Shown piece by piece: positions 1-8,922 of a stretch of 32,000 nt of DNA. Made by a program: the position numbers and the translations under genes. The stretch spans positions 3,330,001-3,362,000 of the forward strand of contig JAIZWK010000001.1 in assembly GCA_021498095.1 (NCBI GenBank), written 5' to 3'. Origin of the DNA: Candidatus Harpocratesius repetitus. Lineage in GTDB: Archaea; Asgardarchaeota; Lokiarchaeia; Sigyniarchaeales; Promethearchaeaceae. Positions within the stretch are counted from its first letter, which is position 1, and each line of letters starts with the position of its first letter. Below the pieces are notes generated by a model, which did not search any database, had not been told where the DNA came from, and saw only the letters and a list, made by a program, of their open reading frames with translations.

Positions 1-119
1 TTTCTAAAGTTTATCTTTGCCGACTGAAATAATTCTTGGATAAGTTTGATTATTGTCGAAAAATGAAAGATTAAAATGGAAATTCTGTCAAAAATAAAGA
101 AGTTGCTAGAATCTCATAA
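1..119 (+). repeat. Partial copy (cut by window edge) of a dispersed ~297-bp MITE-like non-coding element
   Basis: 1-119 equals the reverse complement of 26774-26892 with no gaps and 7 mismatches (positions 12, 44, 59, 80, 86, 112, 116), i.e. 112/119. Confidence 0.92.
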
Positions 120-239
120 AACTGGAAATTTTTCAAAATGAATATAATAAATATTAACGTATAATTATACTAAATAAATAGTGTTTAAGTATCAGTAATT
201 CTCTATTTGCAAATCAATAAACAAATAAAGGTATAATTT

Positions 240-818
240 ATGATCCATAAAATTGCTCTCCTAGGTGCTGGAGGTAGTGGTAAAAGCTCAATCCTTGAAA
301 TGAAAAAATCAAAAACTTTTCAAGAAAATAAATCTATCACAATAGGTGTAGACATTGAATTTATACCTATACAAAATCCAGAGATTGATGATGGTAAAGG
401 TCAATTCTATACTGTTGATTTAGGTGGACAACAAAGATTTCAACTTATGCATGATGCATATATTAAAGGTATAGAAGGTGCCTTGATTGTTTTCGATCTC
501 TCCAGATATCGTACATTTGTGGACATTCCAACATATATTGATCTAGTTATTAAAGAAAATATCTCTATTCCAATTTTATTAGTTGGAAATAAAATAGATT
601 TGATTTCAAAAGACCAGGAAGAACAATATGAAAAAGATCTTATAACATTTTATGAGAAATATAGAGATAAATGCAATTTGTATGGATACATTTTCACTTC
701 AGCAAAAAATAATTACAATATTGAAGGTACTTTTGCAATCTGTGAAGAAATGATTCTTTGGGAAAAATACCCTTTACAAGCTCAAGTCTCAAAAAAAGCC
801 CATCAATTACAAAATTAA
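240..818 (+). CDS. Ras-superfamily small GTPase (Rab/Roc-like), 192 aa
   Basis: G1 GAGGSGKS, G2 TIGVD, G3 DLGGQ, G4 NKID, G5 SAK all present; no C-terminal Cys prenylation motif. Confidence 0.95.
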   Translation: MIHKIALLGAGGSGKSSILEMKKSKTFQENKSITIGVDIEFIPIQNPEIDDGKGQFYTVDLGGQQRFQLMHDAYIKGIEGALIVFDLSRYRTFVDIPTYIDLVIKENISIPILLVGNKIDLISKDQEEQYEKDLITFYEKYRDKCNLYGYIFTSAKNNYNIEGTFAICEEMILWEKYPLQAQVSKKAHQLQN

Positions 819-842
819 CTGAAGCAAATATTGATATTTTTA

Positions 843-1514
843 TTATTTATTAACAATAGATAAAAAAATCGAAGAACCAGAATCAACAAATTCTAAAAAT
901 TCTGGTAAATCTGTGTGCATAAAACTTTGAATAGCTGTTACAATACCTTGTGTCATTCCTATCATAAATTTAGTTGAAATCACATTTTCAAGTACATATG
1001 AATATTTATTTTCTTGAATTACTTTAACTTGAGCAGTTTTCGAAAAAATCGGCAGGATCTCTTCAGATAATATCATTATTGGATCGGCAGAAAAAGTAGC
1101 ACCCATTTTTAATATTGGTTCTCGTCGTTTATGCCACAAATATCTTCCTGTAATACGGCCTGCCATAAATTGATCTTCTTCTGATTTAAATTCTTGCAAG
1201 ACTTTTGAAAGGAATTGTAAAAAATGAAAACGAGGGTCAATAAATCGAATAAGTTTATTTACTTTTTGTTCAACATTACTTTGATTTTCATCAGTAAGTA
1301 TTATTGAAGATAAATTGCTATTATGCAATAAAATTACTTGTTCCACTCTTAAAATATCATAATGTTTATCAAGCAGAACTGTAATTAAATGATTTTTATG
1401 TTTAAGAAGAAATGGTGGGAATGAAGAATGCCTAGTTTTTAATTTAATATCTTGTGGATCAAAATTAAACGAAAAAAATTCTCCACACGGACATTCTATC
1501 CGAATTTCTTTCAT
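843..1514 (-). CDS. Hypothetical protein with N-terminal CPCG...HKNH putative Zn site and C-terminal V4R/TRAPP-Bet3-like region, 223 aa
   Basis: The ORF is clean and ends 24 bp from the GTPase stop (convergent). Segments AGRITGRYL, IFSK...YVLEN and FMIGMTQGIV resemble the TRAPP/V4R pattern by eye; the fold call is inference. Confidence 0.55.
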   Translation of the reverse strand: MKEIRIECPCGEFFSFNFDPQDIKLKTRHSSFPPFLLKHKNHLITVLLDKHYDILRVEQVILLHNSNLSSIILTDENQSNVEQKVNKLIRFIDPRFHFLQFLSKVLQEFKSEEDQFMAGRITGRYLWHKRREPILKMGATFSADPIMILSEEILPIFSKTAQVKVIQENKYSYVLENVISTKFMIGMTQGIVTAIQSFMHTDLPEFLEFVDSGSSIFLSIVNK

Positions 1515-1593
1515 AAATAGATTGAGGAAAATTCTCCTTAAAAATGTTTAACAATTTTTGAAGTAAATCACATTATTAATTATATATAACATC

Positions 1594-2844
1594 TTAGAAA
1601 AATTCTGAAAGGCAATAGGACTGTAGCGGAAACCAATTATTAAGAATAGCATTACTTTCTTTTTTCAATCCATCTATCCACTGAAAATATGTTAGTTCTG
1701 ATATAGAACAAGAACCATATAGCAATGCAGTTAACGCACCAATTGAAAATATAGGTTTTGTTCTATCCAATTCAGAACTTATCTTTGAAATATCAAGCTG
1801 ATATTTATGCGGTTGAATATTTACTTCCTCAACAGCTTCCAATTTGTACACACCTGTATTCCAGGGAGCAAGAGGATCTGAAATACTGAAAATAAAGTTT
1901 CCAGGTTGTTTTACTTGAATATCTTTAAATGCTTCTTTAATATTTATTATTCTTGCCATGGTTTGCAAATGCTGGCGTATATTAACTTTTGTGAACCCTT
2001 GTAACCACGAAAAGTAGTTAGATTCATGAGGATATAAGGGTAAAACAACTTTGTGAATTTGATCTCTATGGAAATATAGATAATAAAACAAACTATGTTT
2101 AGCTTCTAAGCTAGAATGCAAAAATCGAACTCGATTGAAGGTGCCAATATCGTGTTCTCCAAACAATTGATATCCATAACCAGAAACCGAATAACTTAGA
2201 AATCCTTCAGCAATTCCATCTGGGTTATATACAATTACTGCTGGACTTTTATTATTTTTTAATAATTCATCCCATCTTTTTGAAGGACGCTTAACACCAC
2301 CGTGAAATTGAGACACAGTATGATTATGTAACGTTTCATAAATTTTTGTAGCTTTATCGACTGAAGTTCTATGGATTTGATAACCTTCAGGAAGAGCATT
2401 CCATCGAGACAACCAAGCAGGATTGATTTCAATAAATCGGTGTGGAGTAGTATTAACATAACCAAAATGCTTATAGTATGAATCTTTGAAGGCATATAAA
2501 GTACTTACTGCCATTCCTGCTTTAAATTCAGCGAAAAATGTTTCAGTAATTAGTTTACGAACATTGCCTTGTCCTCGATTTTCAGGACTTGTGGCAACCA
2601 TTGCAATTCCGCCCATTTTTTTGAAAATACCACGAATATTTTGGAGCAATGGTATATTGCGAAGAACCGCCACTATTTTTTCGTTTTCTATTGCAACTAA
2701 GTGATCTTCATAGGTTGTTTCGAATTTTTCTTCAATATCATTAAGTTCAGCAGAAGAAAACCCATAACTAAGATGATTCAATTCCATTATTTGCGATTTA
2801 TCTGCCAATTCGGCACTTCTAACCTTAATTTGTTCAATTGTCAA
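1594..2844 (-). CDS. Eis-like GNAT acetyltransferase (tandem GNAT + SCP2-like C-terminal domain), 416 aa
   Basis: GGIAMVATSPENRGQGNVRKL acetyl-CoA motif, STLYAFKDSYYKHFGY, DPLAPWNTG, and a C-terminal WF...FF end typical of the Eis family. TTG start with AGGAG upstream. Confidence 0.88.
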   Translation of the reverse strand: MTIEQIKVRSAELADKSQIMELNHLSYGFSSAELNDIEEKFETTYEDHLVAIENEKIVAVLRNIPLLQNIRGIFKKMGGIAMVATSPENRGQGNVRKLITETFFAEFKAGMAVSTLYAFKDSYYKHFGYVNTTPHRFIEINPAWLSRWNALPEGYQIHRTSVDKATKIYETLHNHTVSQFHGGVKRPSKRWDELLKNNKSPAVIVYNPDGIAEGFLSYSVSGYGYQLFGEHDIGTFNRVRFLHSSLEAKHSLFYYLYFHRDQIHKVVLPLYPHESNYFSWLQGFTKVNIRQHLQTMARIINIKEAFKDIQVKQPGNFIFSISDPLAPWNTGVYKLEAVEEVNIQPHKYQLDISKISSELDRTKPIFSIGALTALLYGSCSISELTYFQWIDGLKKESNAILNNWFPLQSYCLSEFF

Positions 2845-2910
2845 AATGACTACTCCTAATGATTGGATATATCAAAAGCCCTATAATAAAATAAAGAGCT
2901 AACAATGATA

Positions 2911-2945
2911 CTAAATAAAAGAGAATATTTAAAGAAATATTTCTC
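2911..2945 (-). terminator. Candidate hairpin + U-rich terminator downstream of the small ORF
   Basis: Minus strand reads GAGAAATATTT-CTTT-AAATATTCTC (10-bp stem, one bulge) followed by TTTTATTT. The stem is AT-rich, so support is weak. Confidence 0.3.
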
Positions 2946-3000
2946 AAAAATGGTTAAAAAATTAATTGGTTTGGTTCTCGCTGAACAATACGGAGTTATT

Positions 3001-3174
3001 TTATGGAATTCGAGTTAAATATCCATTAGGATAGTGAATTTTAGGGCGAATGGGTTTCTTGTCCGAAGAAGGTGTTTCTGAGATATTATTCATTTCATTC
3101 ATTGTTTTGGTTAAATTATTATTAGTAAGATTCTTAATTTTCTGTATATTTCCATGTTTTTTTTGTTCAATCAT
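3001..3174 (-). CDS. Small hypothetical protein (~57 aa, Asn/Lys-rich)
   Basis: GAGGTGA (3190-3184) lies 9 nt before the ATG at 3174. The ORF-track ATG at 3183 abuts the motif directly and is the less likely start. No family recognised. Confidence 0.5.
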   Translation of the reverse strand: MIEQKKHGNIQKIKNLTNNNLTKTMNEMNNISETPSSDKKPIRPKIHYPNGYLTRIP

Positions 3175-3497
3175 AGTTGTCATTCACCTCTAAGAGAATA
3201 TGAAATCAAGCTTTTAGAATATATAGAGTGAAGTGATTTTAATCGAATAATTATAATCTTGACATTTCACACTTTTCTTTTTTAAAAAAATAATATTTAT
3301 ATCTATTTTTAGAAGTATAGAATTCTTTTTAATTGGTAGGAAATAGGAGAAAATTTAAGATGGAATATCCATAAAGCCATCATTTTCATTATTTCATTTA
3401 TCTTCTTTTTTTTCTTGGTGTTAAGAAATTTCTTCTATTAAGTTAAAGATCAGTATTTTTATACTTGGGTTTTATTTTATTTCATTTTCCAATTTAA

Positions 3498-5030
3498 TTA
3501 CAAGTTTTTAGAAGTTTGTTTCAAATCAACGATTTCTGCCAAAGATTGCTCTATTTTCTCCATGGTTTTCCTTAAAATACTTCCATATTCTATTTTTCCT
3601 ATGGTTACAGAAGTTAAAATTTGATAAGCCCCTCCAATGTCGACAAGATTAATCAATCCATGTTCGTAGATGCAAATGGTTTTAGTCAAAGCAAATTCTC
3701 GATTAAATTTCATACAGATCATTTGACAGATTGTAATTAAACTAGCGCTAACATGTGATAAGTTTTCCATCTTCTCTTGAAGACTTGTTTTTAATTGATG
3801 AAGTTCCTGTCGAAGTTGTTTTTTCTTATATTCTGAATCTTCCCGTAATATTTTTTGAATAAGTTGGGCTTCACGCAATGTCCGGCTCCTAGAAATTAAT
3901 TTTCCAAACTCATTACCTTTCCGAGATGTAATATATTTTTCAGGGAAATCCTTAATACTTAATAAATTTTCACGAATTTTAAATACACATTTTTCTGAAG
4001 GAATTGTAAAATAATATAGTAAATCTAAATCTTTACAAGATATGACCAAACTTTCAACAGGATTAATAGGAAACATAATTTCACGTAATTCTCCTAATCC
4101 TTCAACACTTGAAAATTGTCCTGCAAATATTCTAGGGCCTTCAACAGCGAGGTTTAAGAAAGCATCAGTTTTAGAAGCATATTGAACTTCGTCTGCAACT
4201 TGAAATCCAAAAAGACCTGAATTTCCTGTAGGCAATTTTAATAAATTAAAATAATCATTTAGCCATGTATTTTCGGAGGTATCGAAATCCAGCAAGTATT
4301 TAGAAAGGATTTTCTTTATTTTAGTTAATTCGGCAAGATTCACGTAAAATTTTCGATCTTTTATTTCAAAAACAGAAGGAATTGCGGAGTTAAAATGATT
4401 AAATAAAGGTTCAGAACGTTTTAAGCCGTGATTCTGGAGAAATTTCTTCAATATTTTCAAATTAAGTTGAATGGGTCGATTTTGCTGCGAAATAGTGTCA
4501 TGCATGAACATCGTTTGTCGAGAATGCTTTTTACCTGCATTCTGTAAATATTCAACTAATTTTTGCCTACCTTCTTGAGATTCATAATCAATGTTTAATG
4601 ATGAGCCTTCGCCAAATAAATTCATCCATTCAGGACTCTTTTCAGAATCAAATAAAGGAATGTGAAGATAATTCATAAAATTAGTAAAATCAAATTTTGC
4701 AGATAAGAATCTGATCAATTCTATTATAGCGCGCCGTCCAGATTCACTTCTATAATCAAACAAGCCATTATTTTGAGGTACTTGTAAAATTTTTAATTCT
4801 AATAGTTTTGAAATCAATTTTTTATAAATAACACCACGAGGTTCAGTGAGTATGATTTTATCCCAATGAGAATAGCGAGTTAAAATTCGTGCTCGTTTTA
4901 ATTCATTAAGGGCTGAAACAAGATCGCCATTCTTAGTTTTGGGCTTAATATCATCAAAAATTAAGCGATAATATCGAGGGCTCGAATAGATCACAAATTC
5001 TTCTAAAGTGATCCCCGTGGTATCCACCAT
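3498..5030 (-). CDS. Hypothetical protein, 510 aa, with an internal duplicated motif and a C-terminal coiled coil
   Basis: Long ORF in AT-rich DNA. DYRSESGRRAIIELI resembles DYESQEGRQKLVEYL; heptad-like KKKQLRQELHQLKTSLQEKMENL near the C-terminus. No family recognised. Confidence 0.8.
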   Translation of the reverse strand: MVDTTGITLEEFVIYSSPRYYRLIFDDIKPKTKNGDLVSALNELKRARILTRYSHWDKIILTEPRGVIYKKLISKLLELKILQVPQNNGLFDYRSESGRRAIIELIRFLSAKFDFTNFMNYLHIPLFDSEKSPEWMNLFGEGSSLNIDYESQEGRQKLVEYLQNAGKKHSRQTMFMHDTISQQNRPIQLNLKILKKFLQNHGLKRSEPLFNHFNSAIPSVFEIKDRKFYVNLAELTKIKKILSKYLLDFDTSENTWLNDYFNLLKLPTGNSGLFGFQVADEVQYASKTDAFLNLAVEGPRIFAGQFSSVEGLGELREIMFPINPVESLVISCKDLDLLYYFTIPSEKCVFKIRENLLSIKDFPEKYITSRKGNEFGKLISRSRTLREAQLIQKILREDSEYKKKQLRQELHQLKTSLQEKMENLSHVSASLITICQMICMKFNREFALTKTICIYEHGLINLVDIGGAYQILTSVTIGKIEYGSILRKTMEKIEQSLAEIVDLKQTSKNL

Positions 5031-5141
5031 ATCTTATCAAATGAATACATGCTAATAAATATTCAAATGATTAAATAATCACCTACTTAATTTTATTTAA
5101 AAGAGAAAAAAAGAAGTCGAATATTCAAAATCATAGTAAAT

Positions 5142-7919
5142 TTAATCTGAAAATCCAAGATATTGCAATAATTTCTCTAATTTGCCCTTTGATTCATTAT
5201 CTTTAGGATTTGCTTTTAACTTTTTCTTTAAAAATACAATTTCCCCTTTTTTCTGCTCAATTGCTAAGATAAGATCTTTCCAATTAGCAAAATCATTAAG
5301 TAATACCGAAACATCTTCATCATCTTTAAAATTGAAAAGCTTTTTAGTAGATTTTTTCCTTTTATTACGAGAACTTTGTTTTCTTGAGGAACGCTCTTTT
5401 TTATTTGTAGATGATAAAAGATCGCGATTTAAACGACGATTGGCATTATTTATCATTCTTTTAATTGTAGCTTCAGCATTGAATATTTTTCTAATTGTAT
5501 TTTCTAAGAGTTCATCATATTCTTCAATATCTCCTGGATGAATATCTTCTTTAAGAAATATTTCTCTTAAGTATGTATAAGCGCGCTCTAAATCTTCAAT
5601 CATGGGTAATATTTCTTTTGTAAAACGTTCTCTTTCGGTAATTAAACTGGCTTTGGATGCGATATCATCATTTTGATAGACTTTAGTAGAACTATCATAA
5701 ACACCTGAAAGAATATGATCATCCATCAATTGTTTTAATATACTTTCTAAAAATTCAATTTCTTCTTCATCAATTGTTCTTTCTTCAAGGAATGAATTTA
5801 AATCAATATAACCTTCAGCATTCTTCATTCGATTATAAATACCTTTAATAGTTAGAAATCTGTCATTTTCTTGGAGCCATAGTCCTTGAATTTTTCCTGA
5901 AGATTTATTTTGTTGAATTGCCTCAATAAGCAATTGTGGTGCCACTTTATTTCGAGAAGATAGTCTACTTACATCTAAAATATCATTACGCTCAGCTTGT
6001 TTCAATATCATCGATGAGATCTTAGATTTTTCTTCTTGAATTCGTTTTGCAGAAAAGATTATTTTATTATCAAGGATAAGATATCCATCAGGATGACCCA
6101 AACTTTCTATAAATTGAAGCAATTCTGAATAATCCATTTGTAAATCGCGCATTAATGGCTTAATTTCAATTTCATCAATTGTCATCAGCTGTTTTGCAAT
6201 TTTATCTAGTTTTTCATCTACTTTTTGAGCGATTTCTTCTTCTCCAATCTGTAATTCTTCTGCTAAAGCACGGATTTTAGATTTTCGAACATCAGGATTC
6301 GGCTCTGATTGAATTTCTGCTATTCGTTTCTTTACATATTTTGAAAAATAAAAAACAGTACCATTCTGATTCCAAAATCCATTTTTTTTTGTAAAGATGG
6401 GTTTAACGACCTTTCGATATATTTCTACAGGTATATCTAATTGTTTGGACATCTTTTCCAAGTTAGCTTCTCCAATTTGCTCAGATGTACGGATAGATTG
6501 TTGAATCCGTGTCATTCCCAAATTAGTTAACCACAAATGATCTTTATGGAATTTATTAAACAATCGCTCACGACAAAACTGTTCTAATTTAAGAAAATTT
6601 TCATATCCAAATTGATTCTGATAGGAACTCAGATCAATTATATTATTACGAGTCATTTTATTCTCGATATCTTGTGTAAGTCTTGAAAATGTATAATAGT
6701 TAGTTTTATCTTTAGTATATATTCCAGAAAATCGGGGGCTATTCGTTAATTCTTCAATTACTTCTGTGATTAATTTTGAACCATATCGTTTTTTTAATAT
6801 TTCAATATTTATCAATCCCATTTTTATTAATTCTTTTTCAATCTCTTGTTTAATGAAATCTTTGCTGTAAAAGAATTGTTTAGTTAAATGCCCTTCTATT
6901 TCTCCTTTATCAAGCAGATCACGTAGTAAAATCGCACCAATTGCATGATTTGTGATCCCTACATGCTTAAATGTCTTTATTATTAAATCAATATCCAATT
7001 TTGCTCCAGATAGAAATTTGAATAATTCTTGTTTATCAAATATTAGCATTTTCTTGTGATGTTTTTCGGTAAATACCAAAGAATAATAAGAATCTTCATC
7101 TATTTCAGCGAGTAAATAGTTTTCAACTTTATTTACATCTAATTGCTGTTTTTCAGCAATTTCATTTAAATCCATATACCTTACTAATGGAGGGCGATTA
7201 TGAATAATACGAATTAAATCTCGTTTTGTCCGATGTTTCTGAATTGCTTCTTTTAACCCGAGAATTTCAACCTGCAATAAGCTAAGAAGGACATCGCTTC
7301 GTTTTGGAATACTACTTTCTTCATACATTTGAATAATGTCATTAAGATAAGATTTTAAAATCTTAATACTCATTAAAGGTTGAATTCGAAGTAAAATAGT
7401 TTCAAGAGTTTTAAGAATTTCTGAATTGGTTTCATTTTTCAAACATTTAGTCAAAAGGGAAAGATTCAGTAAAAAGATAGCATTATATTCCTCAGGAAAT
7501 TGATTTAAAAAGAACACAGCATTTGTTCTTACTTCTGAAGAAGAATCACTTAATAACTCAATAAAACTTTGAATAAATGCGTTATCGACCGATATTCCAC
7601 TTTCAAATGAATGCAATAGAGTCCATCCAAAAATTATTATAGCATTTGCGCGCTCATCAACTGTTCCTTCAATGATATAAGATTGTTTAATTCGATCAAT
7701 AAGATCTAATGAAATTAAATCAGGTAATTCTTCAACTAAAATCGATAGAATATATAGATATATATACGCGTTAGAAGGGTGATTATCCAAAATTGAAAGA
7801 ATTTTATCGATCTGGCTTGAAATTTTACTAATTTTTCCTTTTTCATAAAATTGATTAATTTTATTTATAACTTTTGATAAGTTCTTATCCAATTTATCTT
7901 CTGATATTTCAATTAACAT
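5142..7919 (-). CDS. HEAT/ARM-repeat + tandem winged-helix (PCI/UFL1-like) protein, 925 aa
   Basis: The N-terminus has HEAT-like units (LLSDSSSEVRTNAVFFL, CLKNETNSEILKTL). Repeated wH-like units follow (G-x-I-x-G...F[YL], I-D-L-xx-L, ending ILSGVYDSSTKVY), then a basic patch and a coiled coil. The ORF is secure; the domain call is by eye. Confidence 0.65.
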   Translation of the reverse strand: MLIEISEDKLDKNLSKVINKINQFYEKGKISKISSQIDKILSILDNHPSNAYIYLYILSILVEELPDLISLDLIDRIKQSYIIEGTVDERANAIIIFGWTLLHSFESGISVDNAFIQSFIELLSDSSSEVRTNAVFFLNQFPEEYNAIFLLNLSLLTKCLKNETNSEILKTLETILLRIQPLMSIKILKSYLNDIIQMYEESSIPKRSDVLLSLLQVEILGLKEAIQKHRTKRDLIRIIHNRPPLVRYMDLNEIAEKQQLDVNKVENYLLAEIDEDSYYSLVFTEKHHKKMLIFDKQELFKFLSGAKLDIDLIIKTFKHVGITNHAIGAILLRDLLDKGEIEGHLTKQFFYSKDFIKQEIEKELIKMGLINIEILKKRYGSKLITEVIEELTNSPRFSGIYTKDKTNYYTFSRLTQDIENKMTRNNIIDLSSYQNQFGYENFLKLEQFCRERLFNKFHKDHLWLTNLGMTRIQQSIRTSEQIGEANLEKMSKQLDIPVEIYRKVVKPIFTKKNGFWNQNGTVFYFSKYVKKRIAEIQSEPNPDVRKSKIRALAEELQIGEEEIAQKVDEKLDKIAKQLMTIDEIEIKPLMRDLQMDYSELLQFIESLGHPDGYLILDNKIIFSAKRIQEEKSKISSMILKQAERNDILDVSRLSSRNKVAPQLLIEAIQQNKSSGKIQGLWLQENDRFLTIKGIYNRMKNAEGYIDLNSFLEERTIDEEEIEFLESILKQLMDDHILSGVYDSSTKVYQNDDIASKASLITERERFTKEILPMIEDLERAYTYLREIFLKEDIHPGDIEEYDELLENTIRKIFNAEATIKRMINNANRRLNRDLLSSTNKKERSSRKQSSRNKRKKSTKKLFNFKDDEDVSVLLNDFANWKDLILAIEQKKGEIVFLKKKLKANPKDNESKGKLEKLLQYLGFSD

Positions 7920-8052
7920 AAACGCATCCCATAATAGTATTTTGTGCTCGAATGGTTATAAGTTAGAATTAAACCCAAAAAAAACATTGGTATTTTTATT
8001 GTGAATTAGTAAAAAATTGTCATTTAAATGATGGAACAAGCTTAATTTCTTT

Positions 8053-8130
8053 GTAACTGAGATAATTTTTTAAATTTTTATCTTCGTAACTGAGATAATT
8101 TTATATATTTTCCTTCTTGATAACTAAGAT
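8053..8130. repeat. Three direct repeats with 33-34 bp period in the intergenic region upstream of the 925-aa gene
   Basis: GTAACTGAGATAATTTT exact at 8053-8069 and 8086-8102; degenerate TAACTAAGAT at 8121-8130. Confidence 0.8.
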
Positions 8131-8134
8131 TAAA

Positions 8135-8890
8135 TCACTCATAGAATTTTGGATCGATATTAAATAAAGAATTAAGATTCTTTGGTAAATCAATAATCGA
8201 ATTGAGCAATAAAATAGGATTTTCTGCTTTTAATGATTCAATTTTACCATGACCTGATAAAACAGCAACTGATTTGACATTTGCAGATCGTGCTGCTTGG
8301 ATATCAGTAACATTATCTCCAACAAATGCAATTTTACTGCGATCGATTGAATTCCATCCAAATTTCTTTTTCAATATCAAAAGTGCTCCCAATATTGGTC
8401 TTGGATCAGGTTTTACTAAGAATCTTTTTCGATCATCGCGAGTAATTACCACTGAAAAGAAATGTGAAATCCGAGTTCGCTTCAACCATTTCTCCAAACG
8501 CTTCTTGTCAGAATTAGTAATTATTCCCATAATAATCCCTTTTTGATTTAAATCTTCAAGCATTTGAAATACACCAGTAAATAAACTACTATATTGCCAT
8601 TCAAATTTCTGCTTAGATTTACCAACTTGAAAAAAGAAGCGCCATCGTTGAAAGGGATGAGGCAAGATTTCCTTAAAATTATGATACATCGCTTTAATAC
8701 TGGCAATGTTTGAAGCTCTTGATGACATTTCAAATCTTCTGATAAGATCATTTGGTGTGAGAGAATATTTATTCAAATGATGCCACTTAAATCGCGGATC
8801 TTGTAATTTTTGTCTCATAATTAGTTGTGGACCTATTGAATGTAAAAGTACTCCATCAAAATCAAAAAGCAGAACAAAGGGATGTTGCAT
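8135..8890 (-). CDS. HAD-superfamily phosphatase (Gph/phosphoglycolate-phosphatase-like), paralog 2, 251 aa
   Basis: Motif I DFDGVL, motif II ITNS, motif III KPDP, motif IV VGDNVTD. Confidence 0.92.
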   Translation of the reverse strand: MQHPFVLLFDFDGVLLHSIGPQLIMRQKLQDPRFKWHHLNKYSLTPNDLIRRFEMSSRASNIASIKAMYHNFKEILPHPFQRWRFFFQVGKSKQKFEWQYSSLFTGVFQMLEDLNQKGIIMGIITNSDKKRLEKWLKRTRISHFFSVVITRDDRKRFLVKPDPRPILGALLILKKKFGWNSIDRSKIAFVGDNVTDIQAARSANVKSVAVLSGHGKIESLKAENPILLLNSIIDLPKNLNSLFNIDPKFYE

Positions 8891-8922
8891 TCTAATGTGA
8901 AAAATAGATGATCTTTTAAAAA

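Noticed and set aside
159-170. Perfect 12-bp palindrome GTATAATTATAC upstream of the first GTPase
   Set aside because: AT-rich palindromes of this length are expected by chance in this composition; no second supporting site was found.
8053-8130. Repeat-spacer pattern as a mini CRISPR array
   Set aside because: The 33-34 bp period is far too short for repeat plus spacer, and the spacers resemble each other.
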